Positions 52,101 through 64,000 of a DNA stretch of 64,000 bases are shown piece after piece; positions within the stretch are counted from its first letter, which is position 1; every line of letters starts with the position of its first letter. The notes under the pieces are model-generated. The model searched no databases, was not told the origin of the DNA, and worked only from the letters and a program-made list of their open reading frames with translations. The position numbers and the translations under genes were made by a program. The stretch is from Chromera velia (lineage: Eukaryota). The stretch lies in contig JAHBMJ010000399.1 in NCBI GenBank assembly GCA_018398765.1, positions 62,001 to 126,000 of the forward strand, given 5' to 3'.

Positions 52101-54533
52101 GGAGAGAGACAGAGAACCAGACTCAAACACTGCAGCAGCAGCGGCGGCGGCCACAGGCACGTACGCAGAACCGGCACAACACATGCCCTGACTCGGCGAC
52201 GAAGTATCAACAGCAGCATCAGCAGAACGGGCACGGGGCTGTGTCGGCGTGATGCTTTCAGACGCCGCTGATGGTTTGGGGTCAGGGTAGGGTCTCATGA
52301 CATGCCCTGCGTCCTGCTCTTTCAAATTGTCTTTCTGTTTCTTCTTCTTCCTTTGCGTCTTTGTGTTCAGATTCTCTTGTGACTGGGAGGAGTCATTCTC
52401 CTTGTCCTTCTCTGAATCCTCGTCTTCCTCTTCCTCTGTCAGAAAAGAGGATTCATGATGGCTGGAAGGCTCAACTGGGGCCCTTCTCTGCAGTTGACAG
52501 ATCTCTCTCTGCTCCTCTCCGTCTCTCTCAACACGATTGTCCTCCCCCCCCTCTCTTCCTCTTACCTCACGCACACCAACCACACCTCCTTCCTCTTCAC
52601 CCCCTCTTTTGATCCTCGTGTTCCTGTTATGGGATGATTCCTCTTCCTCTTGTACACCCGCGGTAGCACGGCCCGTCTGCCTCTCCACTCCCCCTCCTTC
52701 TCTCTGGGGAGGAGAGTCAGAGGCTAGAGAAGACGAAGAGACGGACTCCGGAGGGGACGCCTCACCGCTCCCTCTCACTCGGCCTCTCTGGCGAAGGCAC
52801 GGACGCTTCAAGTGGCTGCAATGAAGGAAGGAAGGGAGGAAGGAAGGAAGAGGGCAAGGGAGGAAATGAGAGGGGAAGGGAGGGGGGGGTGACACGTGCT
52901 CTCAAGTTGTACGATAGAGAGACAAACGAACACACAGCTTTCATGATCTGTCTTTTCCTTTCCTTTTCTTGACAGATCATCGACCGGCATGCAGACTCCG
53001 TGTTCTCTCACAGACGGAAAGACACACATACAGGGACAGAGACAGACACGGACAGACGGTATTACTCATCTTCTTTTTTCTTTCGCCCTTTCAAGACATG
53101 CAGCCAAAACATGAGTCGAGGGTGGATGGTTCACACACACACCCGGCTGCATGCATGACAAGATTACAAGCGATCGGTTGACTGACTCAATTAATGCAGC
53201 GACCAAATCAATCAGTGGACCAACCAAACACCCAAACAGTCATCAACTATCTACCTGCGAATCCATCAAACACACACACAAAAGAAAGCCGACTAGTCCA
53301 TCGCTCGCTCTCTTTCTGACCTTTTCATAAATTGCGGCCCCAACCGGAAGCCCTCCCCTCTGTCTCCCTGTGTCCCTCTGATTCCAACTCCACCCCAACC
53401 TCCTGCAGAAGCAGAGTCGGGCCGCAGTGCCGCCGCAACACCCCCCCAAGGTGCGGGGAATGCGAAGGGGAGCCGGCTGCCGAAGGGATGAGGTCGTGGG
53501 GGAGCCTTCGGAAGGGCCCCGCGTTCTTCTTCTGCCCTTCTGCGTTGTCTTCCCGTCTGTGAGTCGATGTCGGTCAACTCACTGGAGCAGCCTGGAGAAG
53601 CCGCTGTGTGTGTGTGCTGAGGGTGCAAAGGAGCAGGACCGCACTCTCTCTCCAAGGGAGGATCGGGGGAGTCCGACGGCCCTGCCTCAGTGGGCCCGTC
53701 TGGCTGTGCCGGCGCCCCTCTTGGCTTTTTGGGACCATTTAATTGTGCCGGGGCCCCTGTGGACTCTGGCGTGTCCAGACCCTCCATCGACATCGTCTCT
53801 TCCATTCCCTCTCCCTCTTCCCCCTCTTCTTCTTCTTCTGCTACTAGAGGTCCCACCATCCTTTCCGAGGAGAACGGAGAGTCTTCTAGAGAAGCCCCAG
53901 AGGCAGCGGAGGCACAGAGTTCCTCTGTGGGAGGGAACGGACTCGAGTTGTTGTTTTTTTGAGAATCCGCACAGGGCGATGAGGAAGAAGAACACGAACC
54001 CTCATTCCCATTCCCCCCCGTCTTCTTGGAGAACCTTCTTCCACTTCTTCCCCCTTTCCCTCCCCCCTCTCCGTCCTGTCCGAACTCTTCAGAGACCGGA
54101 GAGGCAGAAGAGGAAGCCTGGCGAGATGGGGGTCGGCCACCTGGAAGGAAGTAGGGAAGGAAAGGCAACAGCCACAGAGAAATCAACGAATGAATGACTG
54201 CGTGTTTGTTTGTTTGTTTGGGCGAACTGCATGTGTTGCAGTGGAACCTAGGAGGAAGGTCGCACGCGGGAGGGAAGGCGAAAGAAAAATGACACCACGA
54301 GTACTACGCTACGAGCAGGGACTGCAAGAGGGGGGCATCACGTGTGTGATTTTTCTCTTGCTTCTCCGCTGCTAGCGCTCAAACTTCCGGGTGTCTCTCT
54401 GCGTTTCTCTGTAAACGAGAGAAACAGAGAGAAAGAGACAAGAAGAGAAGAGAGGAGGAGCAAAGAGAAAAGAAAACGGGAGACAAAGAAATCTGTCACG
54501 CGCTCCGTCGTTCTCTACATTGCTCATCATCTT

Positions 54534-54571
<38 letters not shown>

Positions 54572-56459
54572 AGACACAGACACAGACACAGACACACACA
54601 GAGACACAGAGGGAGAAAGAGAGAGACAGACTGACGGAATGCGTATCTTTCCAAGGGCTGTCCTGAGGACCCGGAGCCAGAGGAAGGGGAGGGGGTCCCT
54701 CCAGGGTCGCCTTCTCTTTCCGTCTCCTTCCCCTTCCTTCTCTTCAATTTCAGCCAACTCTCTTCTGTGTCCCTTCCTTCTTCTCTACTCTCATGACCCC
54801 CTTCCTCTCTCCCCTCAAAGGCAGCCGCCACTTCTCCAGATACACTTCCTACCACCCCTAAAGGAAAGTCCCGACGACTCTGCGGCTGCCGATCTTCATC
54901 TCTTCCTCCTTTTTCTCCTACGCACATCCGAGTTCCCTCTTGTCTCTCCATACCCCGCCCTTTCCGCTTCTCCTTCCCCTTCACGGCGAGAGTACGGAGA
55001 CAAAACTTGGCCCGAGAGGGGAAGCTCCAGTCATCCTCTCCCTCTTCTTCTCCCTCCCGCTCGGCCTCTCCTCTGTCGTTTCCACAAGCTCCCCCCCCCT
55101 CTTCTTCTTCCTCCTCCAGAGGTGCCGTGTCGTCCTGCAAGAGAGGGAGGGCAGAACAGCACGGGACACAGTCACAACAACAAGAAGAAGAAGAAAAAGG
55201 AAACGAGTGGAGGGGGCAGGTGCGAATGGACGCGCAAATGAAGAGTGGCACAGCCGTGCGTGGAAGAAAGAGACGTACCAAGAGAGAAAGGACGGAAGAC
55301 AGTGAATGAGTCAGAGCTTGCCTGCCTGTCTGTCTGCCTGTCTGTCCACCTTCTCTTCACTCCTCCATGCAGAGACTCCGAATGGAGTTGGCATGAGACG
55401 ATCGAGGAGTCACTTAAGTGAGCGCATGCCGAAAGCACAAGCAAAACTCTTTCTTACTCATATCATTCAATTCCTCCTCAGAAACAGGCATCCAGAGCTC
55501 TCGTACATGCCGAAAGAGATCGAGGAAGGGTGGACGCAACCATCCCATTCTCATCACAAAAAAACCGGCACTCCGGTTCCTCAGCTTCTCTTTTTTCTTC
55601 AGACCGGCCGCAACAGATCGACGTACAATCTCTGCTTCTCCCCTCTCTCCCACAGGACGGGAACGCCCATGCTCAGCAGAAGAACGAGAGGCAGCAGCCG
55701 GAGAGGAAGATGAAGGACTAGAACGCAAGGGGGCAGGGGACACAGAGAGACGAGAGGAACCCGAACCCCCCCCCTGCTGTCTTCTGAGAATCCCCCCAAC
55801 AGCCCGAAGATCTCCAAGACCCTCCATCTCTCTCTCTATCTCCCACCCTCCTTCCGCCTCTCCAGATGGGTCGGGGAGAGGGAAAGAAAGAGACTCAAGT
55901 CCCATCAGCTCTCTGCACACACGCAAACGCCCACACACAGGTACAGAGACATACGGACGCACGAGCACGCACAGATCAGAAAGGACATTCAAAAAAGAAT
56001 CGAAAGGCGGAAGGAAGACTCTCAAAACCAGAGAAACCGGTCTGAGGGCGAAAGGTGATTCAAAGACCGTTGAGTTGGCCAGTCAGTCAGAGTGACTTTG
56101 TCAGCGCACTTCTACTTTGCTCTCAGTCTGTCTGTGAGTCCCCACACCCGCTGAGACGGAGCATCCCAACCTCTCTTGCCGTCCTTCCTTATCCCTCTTC
56201 CTCTCACCGATGGAGGCAGACAGATGTTAATCAATGAATGGAACGGAAAAAGGAAAACGTCAGAAGGATGCATGGAGGGAATCCTTGACTGACACCGTCC
56301 CAACCCTCCTTGCCTCCCCCCCTCCCCCTGTCCAGAATTAATGACTTACTGACAGACCAACCGAATCTCCTCCTCTTGACTGGCGGAAGCAAAGGGCAAA
56401 TCTCTCGTCATCGTTCTCATGTGGTTGGCCCTTTGCCTCTGCGTCATAAACAGCAAATG

Positions 56460-56543
<84 letters not shown>

Positions 56544-59500
56544 AGAAGACACACTTCCTTGCACATGCATGCACACACAGAGAGGCGTTTTGTGTTGAGG
56601 AAGCTGATTTGCCCAACGAGACAGGCGAACTGCTGCAAAGCTAGCCTCACAAACGAACGAACGAACAATCCACAGCCCATTCAACTTCCCCCCCCCCCCC
56701 CTCCCTCGCTCTCTGACTGACTGAATGCATACACTGACTGACCATTTTGACGGCCTCGTTGGCCCTCTGGACTGCTGCCCGCACGTCCGGGAGAGTGTCG
56801 ACGAAAGGAATTGTGCCTCCCCAGGGATACCCGTCTCCCCTCGGCCTCGGCCAATAGCCTCCTTGGGCCTGCACACAATTTATTTTCATAGAGAATTCTT
56901 TTGATGTAGAAATAAACACAGAAATAAATAAATAAATACAGGCCAGTAACCTCCTTGGGCCTGCACACAATTTATTTTCATACAGAATTCTTTTGATGTA
57001 GAAATAAATACAGAAATAAATAAGCACAGGCCAGTAGCCTCCTTGGGCCTGCACACAATTTATTTTCATACAGAATTCTTTTGATGTAGAAATAAATGCA
57101 GAAATAAATAAATAAATACAGGCCAGTAACCTCCTTGGGCCTGCACACAATTTGTTTTCATACACAATTCTTTTGATGTAGAAATAAATACAGAAATAAA
57201 TAAATACAGGCCAGTAGCCTCCTTGGGCCTGCACACAAAGGGGGCGAGAGGGGGAGGGGCAAGGCTGGTGGACAGGCCTGGGGATGAAAGCCCAAACAGC
57301 AAAAAGGACAGCAAGCAAGCAAGCAAGCATGTTTTGGATGAATGGAGTTCGACGGAAAAGAAAAGGAAGAGAAAAATGTCCAGTCGTCGGCAGGGAGGGA
57401 GGGGGACAGAAAGAAGCGAAAAGTTCCGCATGCACAGATTGCTTCGGAATGAAAGGATAGGTAAATGAGAATGGAAGAGGATATCACCAAGTGGTTCCTT
57501 CAGCAATTGCCAAATGAAATCAGGAAAACACTTCCGCTCTCTGTCGGTTTCGTGAAGTCAGAAGAAAACCCAGTCAGAGAAACCAATCTTTGACAAGCCA
57601 TGACATGCTAATTGAATCTCGAGAGGGGTGAAAACGGCCGACTGAAATAAACCCACCCACACACACACCCATCCCCCATGCATTCCACCCACTGAGCGAC
57701 CCACCTGGGATCTATCCACAAGCACCCGCCCAAAGTCCGCCCATGCATTTATTTTAATGAAATAATGAATAATTTAAATGAATTCTGCATGAAAATAAAT
57801 GAACAAACCCACCTGGGATCTATCCACAAGCACCCGCCCAAAGTCCGCCCATGCATTTATTTTAATGAAATAATGAATAATTTAAATGAATTCTGCATGA
57901 AAATAAATGAACAAACCCACCTGGGATCTATCCACAAGCACCCGCCCAAAGTCCGCCCATGCATTTATTTTAATGAAATAATGAATAATTTAAATGAATT
58001 CTGCATGAAAATAAATGAACAAACCCACCTGGGATCTATCCACAAGCACCCGCCCAAAGTCCGCCCATGCATTTATTTTAATGAAATAATGAATAATTTA
58101 AATGAATTCTGCATGAAAATAAATGAACAAACCCACCTGGGATCTATCCACAAGCACCCGCCCAAAGTCCGCCCATGCATTTATTTTAATGAAATAATGA
58201 ATAATTTAAATGAATTCTGCATGAAAATAAATGAACAAACCCACCTGGGATCTATCCACAAGCACCCGCCCGAAGTCCGCCACACCCACCACGGAGCCCC
58301 GCCTGCCGAGACGATCAGACCGAGTCTCCAACTCGCACACACGAAGCTCAACAACAGAACCTGTAGACACACAGACAGACAGACAGACAGACAGACAGAG
58401 AGCACAGACGAGAGAATGCAGACACGAAAAGATGCGCAAAAAGACAGACGGACGGACGATTCCTTCCGTGAGCAATTCGTTGAGACGCTCCGTACAACCA
58501 ACCACACGGAAGGAAGAACGTTCAATTGGATGGATCGATGCACATCCTCAAAAAGAACAAAGGAAAAGCATCCATACTGAAGGATCGGGAATGGAAGCTG
58601 CGCCAATGACCTTTGAAGGAAAAAACACACACCTTCTAGAGTCTGCAGTGCCCTGGGTGTCGCTTCGTTCCCTTCCAGCAACTCTCGGAGCACACCCTCA
58701 GGGAGACGCACTGCCATCACCTGGTGCCCATCCGACACATCCGCCTCCCTCTCCCCCCCTTGCTGCTGCTGGTAGTGGTGTGCTGCTGTTACTGGGAGGG
58801 TTGCAGGAGAACTCGAGGAAGAGGCATCGTTGAGAATCTTCTCGAGCCGGCAGGGGCGAGCACAGGGAGGTGGTCCTGCTGCACAGACAGACACCAACAC
58901 ACAGAGAGCTAGAGAAAAGAAAGTGACCGCAAGGCAGAGAGAGAGAGAGAGAGAGAGTTGAGTCGAACAACTAAAGGCCGAAGATCCTTCAAGGAACGCA
59001 GGTGCAGATTTTTTTATCTTTCAGGCAGGTGAGTCAGTCTCTGTGCACATGAAAGGAAATGAAGGAGGGCCCAAGAAGCTGGTACTTGCAGCTGAAACAC
59101 GCATGATGCATCTTTTCTTCCCGATCTCCATCTTTCGTTCCTATCCGTTCATGCTACTCGACTCCCATTTTCCGCTTCCTGACATGCCTTCCTCAGAGAA
59201 GGAAAAAGAAAAGTAAAGACACAAGAAAAGAGAGAAAGGAACGGCTGGGTGGGCCTGGACCGGTGGCCAGTCAGAGACAGATCTGATGTCCAACTGGTCT
59301 CTCTCTCTGTTATTTTTTTTCTCGATCCTTTCCCTTCTGACAGTTTGCTGTCCATCTAACCAGTTTCGGACACCAAGCAAAACAGCAGCAGCAGCAGCAG
59401 TCAACAAACACCAAGCAGCATCACGCGACTTGATCGAATGCACCTGTTAACAGCTTCGTTGTTGCGGCTCTTCTCTTTTCGAGAACAACATCAGTAGGTA

Positions 59501-59745
59501 TGAAGAAGAAGAAAAAGAAGCGATTGAATGAACCAACCGTGTTGCAGTCTCCATCTGTCTGAGGTTGAACGTGCACTCTCTCTGTCTGCTTTCCTCTGAA
59601 GCTCCGACGACACAAACGACAAAATCCAGGGCTGCTGCCGAACAGTTGAGGTCATTGCTTCGCTTCGTTCTTCTCACCTCTCCCGGAGCAACGAAGAGGG
59701 TGCTCTCCTTGAAGAAGTCGAAGAGCAAAGACAGTATAGCGCCCT
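46137..59745 (-). CDS. Very large multi-exon protein, mostly low-complexity or disordered; function unknown; 5' end uncertain
   Basis: Terminal exon about 52815-46137 (open for more than 2200 codons). Upstream open exon-like blocks at about 53310-54150, 54650-55150, 55420-55910, 56360-56440, 56742-56868, 58245-58360, 58640-58880 and 59535-59745. It may be more than one gene. Confidence 0.6.
56849..57238 (-). repeat. Tandem array of a 3' splice site plus exon start, 5 copies, 92/88-bp alternating period
   Basis: TTGTGTGCAG|GCCCAAGGAGGYTAYTGGCC with exon starts at 57228, 57140, 57048, 56960 and 56868. Confidence 0.95.
57699..58281 (-). repeat. Tandem array of an exon end plus 5' splice site, 6 copies, 108-bp period
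   Basis: GGCGGACTTYGGGCGGGTGCTTGTGGATAGATCCCAG|GTGGGT; plus-strand copies start at about 57701, 57809, 57917, 58025, 58133 and 58241. Confidence 0.95.
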
Positions 59746-60129
59746 GTCAAGACAATCTATTAATATATTTACAGGGAGACCGACCCCCAATCTCCAGTCA
59801 ATGCACACAGACTCAGCAACTCTAGCAAGAAAAGAGCAAACCAACAAACGTCACAAAAGAAAGTGCCCCGTCCAGCCGGCTTGATTCAGACAACAAGATC
59901 GTTCTCAGTCTGCATGAAAGAAACTCTCAGCATCTTTGTGCACGTGAGCGGGACGCACTCCATCCGACTCCATGCATGTGCAGCCTCCTCCAAGCCGCCT
60001 CTTGTGAAGGAACGTGTGGACTGATGTGAGTTGTCATTGAGATGCTGATGCTCTTCCAAATGTTGGGGAATCTGTTGGAAGGTGCTGGAAAGGATGAGTC
60101 ACTTCGACAATCTGCGACATTTCGTTTGC

Positions 60130-60200
60130 AGTGGCGTACGCGCATCGTACGCGCGTATAGGCCGGCCGCGGGATTCGCCATGCATGCATGCATGCAGAAT
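60130..60200. promoter_or_regulatory. Putative divergent promoter with a TGCATGCA cluster
   Basis: CATGCATGCATGCATGCA plus CGTACG/GGCCGGCC palindromes about 230 bp upstream of the SBPase ATG. Confidence 0.45.
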
Positions 60201-60420
60201 CCGCCTTGCGGGACCCGTAGCCTTCGATCGTGACGGATCTCAAGCCGTCTCCTCGTGAAATGGGCCCTTCAGGCTTCCCTCCATGCAGTCACGAATTGCT
60301 TCTGATATCTTCTGGTGCAACCACTGCTGCACTGGAATACGAGTATTCCTGTATCCCCTTCCAGACCCGTGCATTGATCCGACCGTCTTCAAGAGAGAGA
60401 CCCCGGAATTGCTTTTCAAT

Positions 60421-61389
60421 ATGAAGTCGTTGGTACTTGCTGGCGCCGCCCTTGCAGGCTCTGCCAATGCCTTTCTGCCTGGCTTGCGGCCTTTGCACCT
60501 CCGCGCCCAGCGCTCTCTCAGCCCCCCCTCTCAGGATGCCTCCGTGAGCTCCACGGCTCTTGAGATGGCAGACACAGCCTATGGTGCCTCTCACACTTCT
60601 TTCTACACAAGCGCAAAGGCCAAGGACAGCTATGAGTCCCTTGCCGATGTCTTGAACAGTAAGGTGGCCGATCCCGACGTGCGTACGGTCATCAATGAGA
60701 TGCTCGACGCAGCCGTCAAGATCACAGAGGCGCTGCGTGTAAATCTGGTGACAGTGGCAGATGCGCAGAATTCTGTTTTCGGGGATGTGCAGCTGGGAGT
60801 GGACGTGATTGCTGACAATTTGATGTGGGAGACGGCAAAGAACTCTAAGGTTGTCAGACAGGCTGCCTCCGAGGAGGAGCCGGTGCTTGTGGACACCAAC
60901 CCCGACGGTCGTTTTACCGTCTGTTGGGATCCTCTTGACGGTTCCTCTATTGTTGACAACAACTGGGCAGTGGGCACCATGATTGGGATCTGGGACAAGA
61001 CGACCGGGATGCTGGGAGCCACCGGGAGGGACCAGGTGACGTCCATTGTGGTTCTGTACGGACCCCGCACGACGGCCTTGGTGGCATGTGACGATGGGGT
61101 GTATGAGTTCACCTGCGGGGAGGGCAATAAGTGGTTCGCCTCCCGAGAGAAGATTCAAATCAAACCGACCAGCAAGATCTTCTCTCCGGCCAACCTCAGA
61201 GCCGCACAGGACCTGGAGGGGTACGACGGGCTGATCAAACACTGGATGAACAACAGGTAGGTCGGTCAGAGAGGCAGACAGACAAACCTGCACAGGCTTC
61301 CTGGCATTGAAGCTCCATGTGTGTGTGCGTGAATCTCTCTCTCTTTCTCTCTGTCGCTTTGTGTGTGTATGTATGTATGTATGTATGTA

Positions 61390-61431
<42 letters not shown>

Positions 61432-61911
61432 CGCGCGCGCGCGTGCGTGTTTCCGTGTGCATTCGTGCGTGCGTTGTGAGAGAGGAAGAGAGAGAGAGAG
61501 AGAAAGTAAGCGCTTTCCTCATTTGCTTGCAGGTACACTCTGCGTTACACTGGTGGCCTGGTTTTTTTTTTTTCTTTTTCTGTATGAAAGTAAGCGTTTT
61601 CCTCATTTGCTTGCAGGTACACTCTGCGTTACACTGGTGGCCTGGTCCCGGACGTTTACCAGTGCTTCACTAAGGAGATGGGTGTGTTCTCCAACCCCAC
61701 GTCTCCGAAGGCCCCCGCGAAGCTCCGAGTGGCGTTTGAGGTCGCCCCCTTCGGGCTTTTGGTGGAGAAGGCGGGGGGTTCCACGTCTGATGGCGTGACT
61801 GGAAAGAGCGTGTTGGACATCCAGATTGATGGGGTGGATCAGCGGACGTCGGCGTGCATGGGGTCGAAGGACGAAGTCTCGAGATTCAACGAGATGGTAC
61901 TCGGGAAGTAA
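60421..61911 (+). CDS. SBP: Plastid-targeted sedoheptulose-1,7-bisphosphatase, exons 60421-61256 and 61617-61911
   Basis: Motifs [69 protein letters not shown]-terminus [18 protein letters not shown] looks like a signal peptide followed by a Phe-starting, Ser-rich transit peptide. Confidence 0.93.
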
Positions 61912-62232
61912 GTAAACGCGTTGGTGGATAGATGGATGGGCAGGCATGCATGCAGTCAATGAGGGGGGATTTTTGATTGAACGGATCAATGAAAGTGTGT
62001 GTGAGACGGGAGGGAGAGGGGTATAGAGAGAAAGAAAAGAAGAGAGCAGCGAGTTCTTTGGTGAGAGAGGCATGCATCGAGAGAGTTTGATTCGCTGAGA
62101 GAGGATAGAGGAGGAAAAGAAAGAAAGACAAAATTGAAATAAAAGATCCCTGGATTTGCTCAGGTCCCTTCGCAGGCGAGTGAGTGCTTGAGTGGACTGC
62201 AGATGGGAATGCAGAGAGCGAGAGAGAGAGAG

Positions 62233-62267
<35 letters not shown>

Positions 62268-64000
62268 GAAAGAGAAGAGAGAGAAAGATTGTCTGTCTGA
62301 TTTTTGAACAGGAAAGAAGAAAGACGACGAGCATTTGTTGTCACTTTAGATTCGTTTTGCGTTGTGTTTTGTTCTGTTTGTGTCTGTTTGTGTGTTTCTG
62401 CTCTTTATTTGTCCGAGTAGAAATTTCTCTTCTGTTTCTCTTTCCTTCCTTTCCTTCTTCTGTCTTTCTACCTTTTGTTTCCTCCATTTCTTCTCTTTTC
62501 TCTTCCGATCCTTCCTCGTTACATTTACACCCTTTTTTCTTTCCTTCTTTCCTTCCTTCCTTCCTTCCTTTCTTCTTATGCGCAAAGTTGATGAAAGAAT
62601 CCGCGTGAGAGGACGAGGTGGAAGGCATGCAGGCGAAATTAACTGAAGAAGGAAGTGTGGTGACATGCAATCAATCCACACGGACCGACGCAGTGCGAGG
62701 CGAGAAGGAATTCACATCAGTAGCACCGGTAGTAGTAGTAGTAGTAATGAGAATCCGGAAAGTCGTATCGTTAAATTCCCTCTGCTTTTTTTGTGCATTG
62801 GCAGAGGGACCTCAGAGAGAAATGACAAGCAAGAGAGAGGGGGGGAGCCTGGATGTTCTCTGTTGCATGCAGCACTTCATCTAGCAGTTCATGCCACCAC
62901 TAGTTCCACCATTTCAACCAAAATCTCAACTAAGACAATACATAATTTTTGAATGTCAAGTTCCTGCTAAGACTGTTCAGCAGCTATAGTTTAACACAAG
63001 GAAACAAATTTGATTCACTTGTGATATACAAAAGATAATTGATTAATTTATAGTTGGACTTACCATGTAGGTGTTCATTAAGTTTTGGGGCTTATGATTT
63101 TTCTATAACTTACTGAATATCTAAAGTTTCATACTAGGTTTCATACTTTATTTTAGGCCCAGTTTTAAACTAATATTTATGTATTCAAATTCCTAACCAA
63201 CTTCATAAAAAAAAATATAAAAGAACGGCTAAGAACGGCTTGATATGACTTCTAATAGTTTGTTATGCTTTTAGCAATAATTTTATATGTTATCAGTATG
63301 TATATCAAAAATGCTTATATTTTTCTTTTTTAGCCTAAATTTTAGGGTTGATCGATTTTTTTTAGGATTTTTCTAGGGATTTTTTTTTTTTTTTAATGCT
63401 CAATTAGGATATAATAGGATAGGATAGGATTTATGTTTCGGGTAGTTTCGGGTCACCCCACGGTCCACTGCCAGGCCTCGACAATTAAAGCTTTCCAGAG
63501 CGCTAAATTTAGTCAAATTCTGTTATAAATCTAAAAAAAAATTGGAGAGAACCAACATAACAAGATCTAGGATGGCAGGAGCACTGAGAAGTTTGCCCCT
63601 GGCGCCTTCAGTATCCCGCCGCCGTCCGACTAGGCAGCGAGCAAAGCGAGAGAACTACGCAAATAAATAAAAGCATGCATGCACGGCATCGAATAAGTCG
63701 ACCTGAATCACAGAAAAGATGCTGAACAGATGAAAGAGAAGGACAATTGCGAGAAGCCAGGACCAACAGACTCCTCTGTATGAAGTAGCAGAAAAGCTCT
63801 ATCCATCTGTCTAGCAGCCTACTAGCCCCGAATCTTCTAGTGGCGCTCTGCCACGCGGGCTTTCGAACCAGTCATCCTTCAGTCGAGTTCAGCAGGTAGA
63901 CCGATATAAAGTGATCAAGAATGCACTCTTTCTTCGCTGGTGGGCAGGTCGTTGTGAAGAAGAATGCCTTGCCAACACTGACAAAAGACCCGAAGACAGG

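Noticed and set aside
57699..58281. CRISPR-like repeat/spacer appearance (also 56849-57238)
   Set aside because: The spacers are identical or near-identical, the repeats are host exon-intron junctions, there are no cas genes, and the context is eukaryotic.
57765..58580. 271-aa repetitive ORF on + strand
   Set aside because: By-product of a 108-bp (multiple of 3) tandem repeat, antisense to the host gene.
60289..61293. 334-aa minus-strand ORF
   Set aside because: Antisense shadow of SBPase exon 1.

Overview
Intron-rich eukaryotic DNA, not prokaryotic. A sedoheptulose-1,7-bisphosphatase with a bipartite (complex-plastid) leader, microsatellite-filled introns and clustered TGCATGCA motifs suggest a photosynthetic alveolate, most likely a chromerid such as Chromera; this is inference. 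Recognisable genes: a divergent Mo25/CAB39-like gene (-), an RRM protein (+), an EF-hand mitochondrial ATP-Mg/Pi-type carrier (+), a coiled-coil repeat protein (-), an intronless orphan ORF (+), a very large low-complexity protein (-) and plastid SBPase (+). About 22-45 kb is rich in transposons: a hAT derivative, a Helitron-like concatemer holding a gag-only LTR element, a LINE 3' end, an LTR element with CG...CG termini, and three CTAGGC-TIR elements with 8-bp TSDs. Two signals stand out. (1) Splice junctions are tandemly amplified together with a short AT-rich insert carrying a TTCATRCAGAA core, at both ends of one intron and again in SBPase, creating candidate GT-AG mini-introns and in-frame microexons. 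(2) Repeats show a strong CpA/CpG to TpA/TpG mutation bias resembling fungal RIP. Exon boundaries and alignments were done by eye.
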